Source: a virus. Taken from it: 64,000 bases of DNA. The translations under genes and the position numbers were made by a program. Positions 63,328 to 64,000 of the stretch are shown here, piece after piece (position 1 is the first letter of the stretch; every line of letters starts with the position of its first letter). The DNA lies in the IMG/VR virus record IMGVR_UViG_3300009788_000006, positions 18,022-82,021 of that record, one strand, 5' to 3'. Under the pieces are notes generated by a model. That model had not been told where the DNA came from. It was given only the letters and a program-made list of their open reading frames with translations, and did no database searches.

Positions 63328-64000
63328 ATGAACTACAAGTGTAGGGCCTTGACCGTCATCGCCATCGTCATGATGGCGGCCCAGTTGGGCGCACAGACGA
63401 GTCCATCGGATCAGACCAATATCCCGATCCTCGATCTTGTCCGCGGGCTGTCTGCGGAATCCTACTGCGTGAGCAAATTCGGCAGCAACGCCGCAGTTCC
63501 AAGCGGCTCCCCTGAGCTCGTCTGGTCGCTGTCGTCCACCTACGTCTTCCCGACTACCTCCGAGACCGTGAGAGTCCAGGCCGGGGGCAATGCGGCCGAC
63601 ACCGCGCTCGGGGCTGGCGCAAGAAAGATCTTGGTGGAGGGTCTCGACGAGAACTGGGACCGTGCTACGTCAACTTTGGTCACTGCTGCCGCCGATGCGA
63701 GCTCGGCATCGACGACAACTTTCGTTCGCGTCAATCGGTGCTACCTTCCGGATGACGGCTCGGGCACCTACGGCGTTTCAACCGCATCTAGGGGGGCGAA
63801 TACGGCGGCGGTGACGATCGAGAATACAGCTGCGGGCCAGGATCTGTGCCACATCGGCGCCGGGCAGGGACAGAGCGAGATGGCCATCTACACAGTGCCC
63901 CGGGGATTCACCTGCTATCTGACCGGCGCCCGTGTTGACAACGATGCCAACAAGTCCGCGAACTTCACCTGGTGGCGTCGGCAGGCGGCTGACGATACTG
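63328..64000 (+). CDS. Virion-associated-type beta protein with signal peptide (partial, runs off window)
   Basis: MNYKCRALTVIAIVMMAAQLGA; KFGSN...GAGARKILVEGLDENW...FVRVNR...GQSEMAIYTVP. Confidence 0.7.
   Translation, partial: MNYKCRALTVIAIVMMAAQLGAQTSPSDQTNIPILDLVRGLSAESYCVSKFGSNAAVPSGSPELVWSLSSTYVFPTTSETVRVQAGGNAADTALGAGARKILVEGLDENWDRATSTLVTAAADASSASTTTFVRVNRCYLPDDGSGTYGVSTASRGANTAAVTIENTAAGQDLCHIGAGQGQSEMAIYTVPRGFTCYLTGARVDNDANKSANFTWWRRQAADDT

Overview
High-GC (about 65% by eye) tailed dsDNA phage (Caudoviricetes) segment; no integrase or host housekeeping genes are visible in the window. It carries a replication/recombination module (initiator with iterons, DnaB, RecE/Exo VIII-like nuclease, NinB, HNH), an SNF2 helicase plus N4/N6 methyltransferase, a ParB-like protein plus C5 methyltransferase, TerS, TerL, portal, a MuF-like protein, two LamG-bearing tail proteins 44 kb apart, four tRNAs and many small accessory ORFs. 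A lipoprotein ending in IFESGFETGDTGEW hints at a Thermoanaerobaculia-type (Acidobacteriota) host; this is an inference. Four signals stand out. (1) A ~1.5 kb RNA-rich locus (10400-11918, minus) has two tandem homologous covarying ~350-400 nt structured RNAs, a 58-aa basic peptide and a third structured RNA. (2) Two tRNA-like elements have the anticodon arm replaced by a mini-hairpin, and two Leu-anticodon tRNAs lack the long variable arm. (3) In two places a small downstream gene ends in a synonymously recoded copy of the upstream large gene's C-terminus. (4) There are sigma54-type promoters, hairpin-embedded promoters and many apparently leaderless genes. All family calls come from motif recognition by eye, not database searches.
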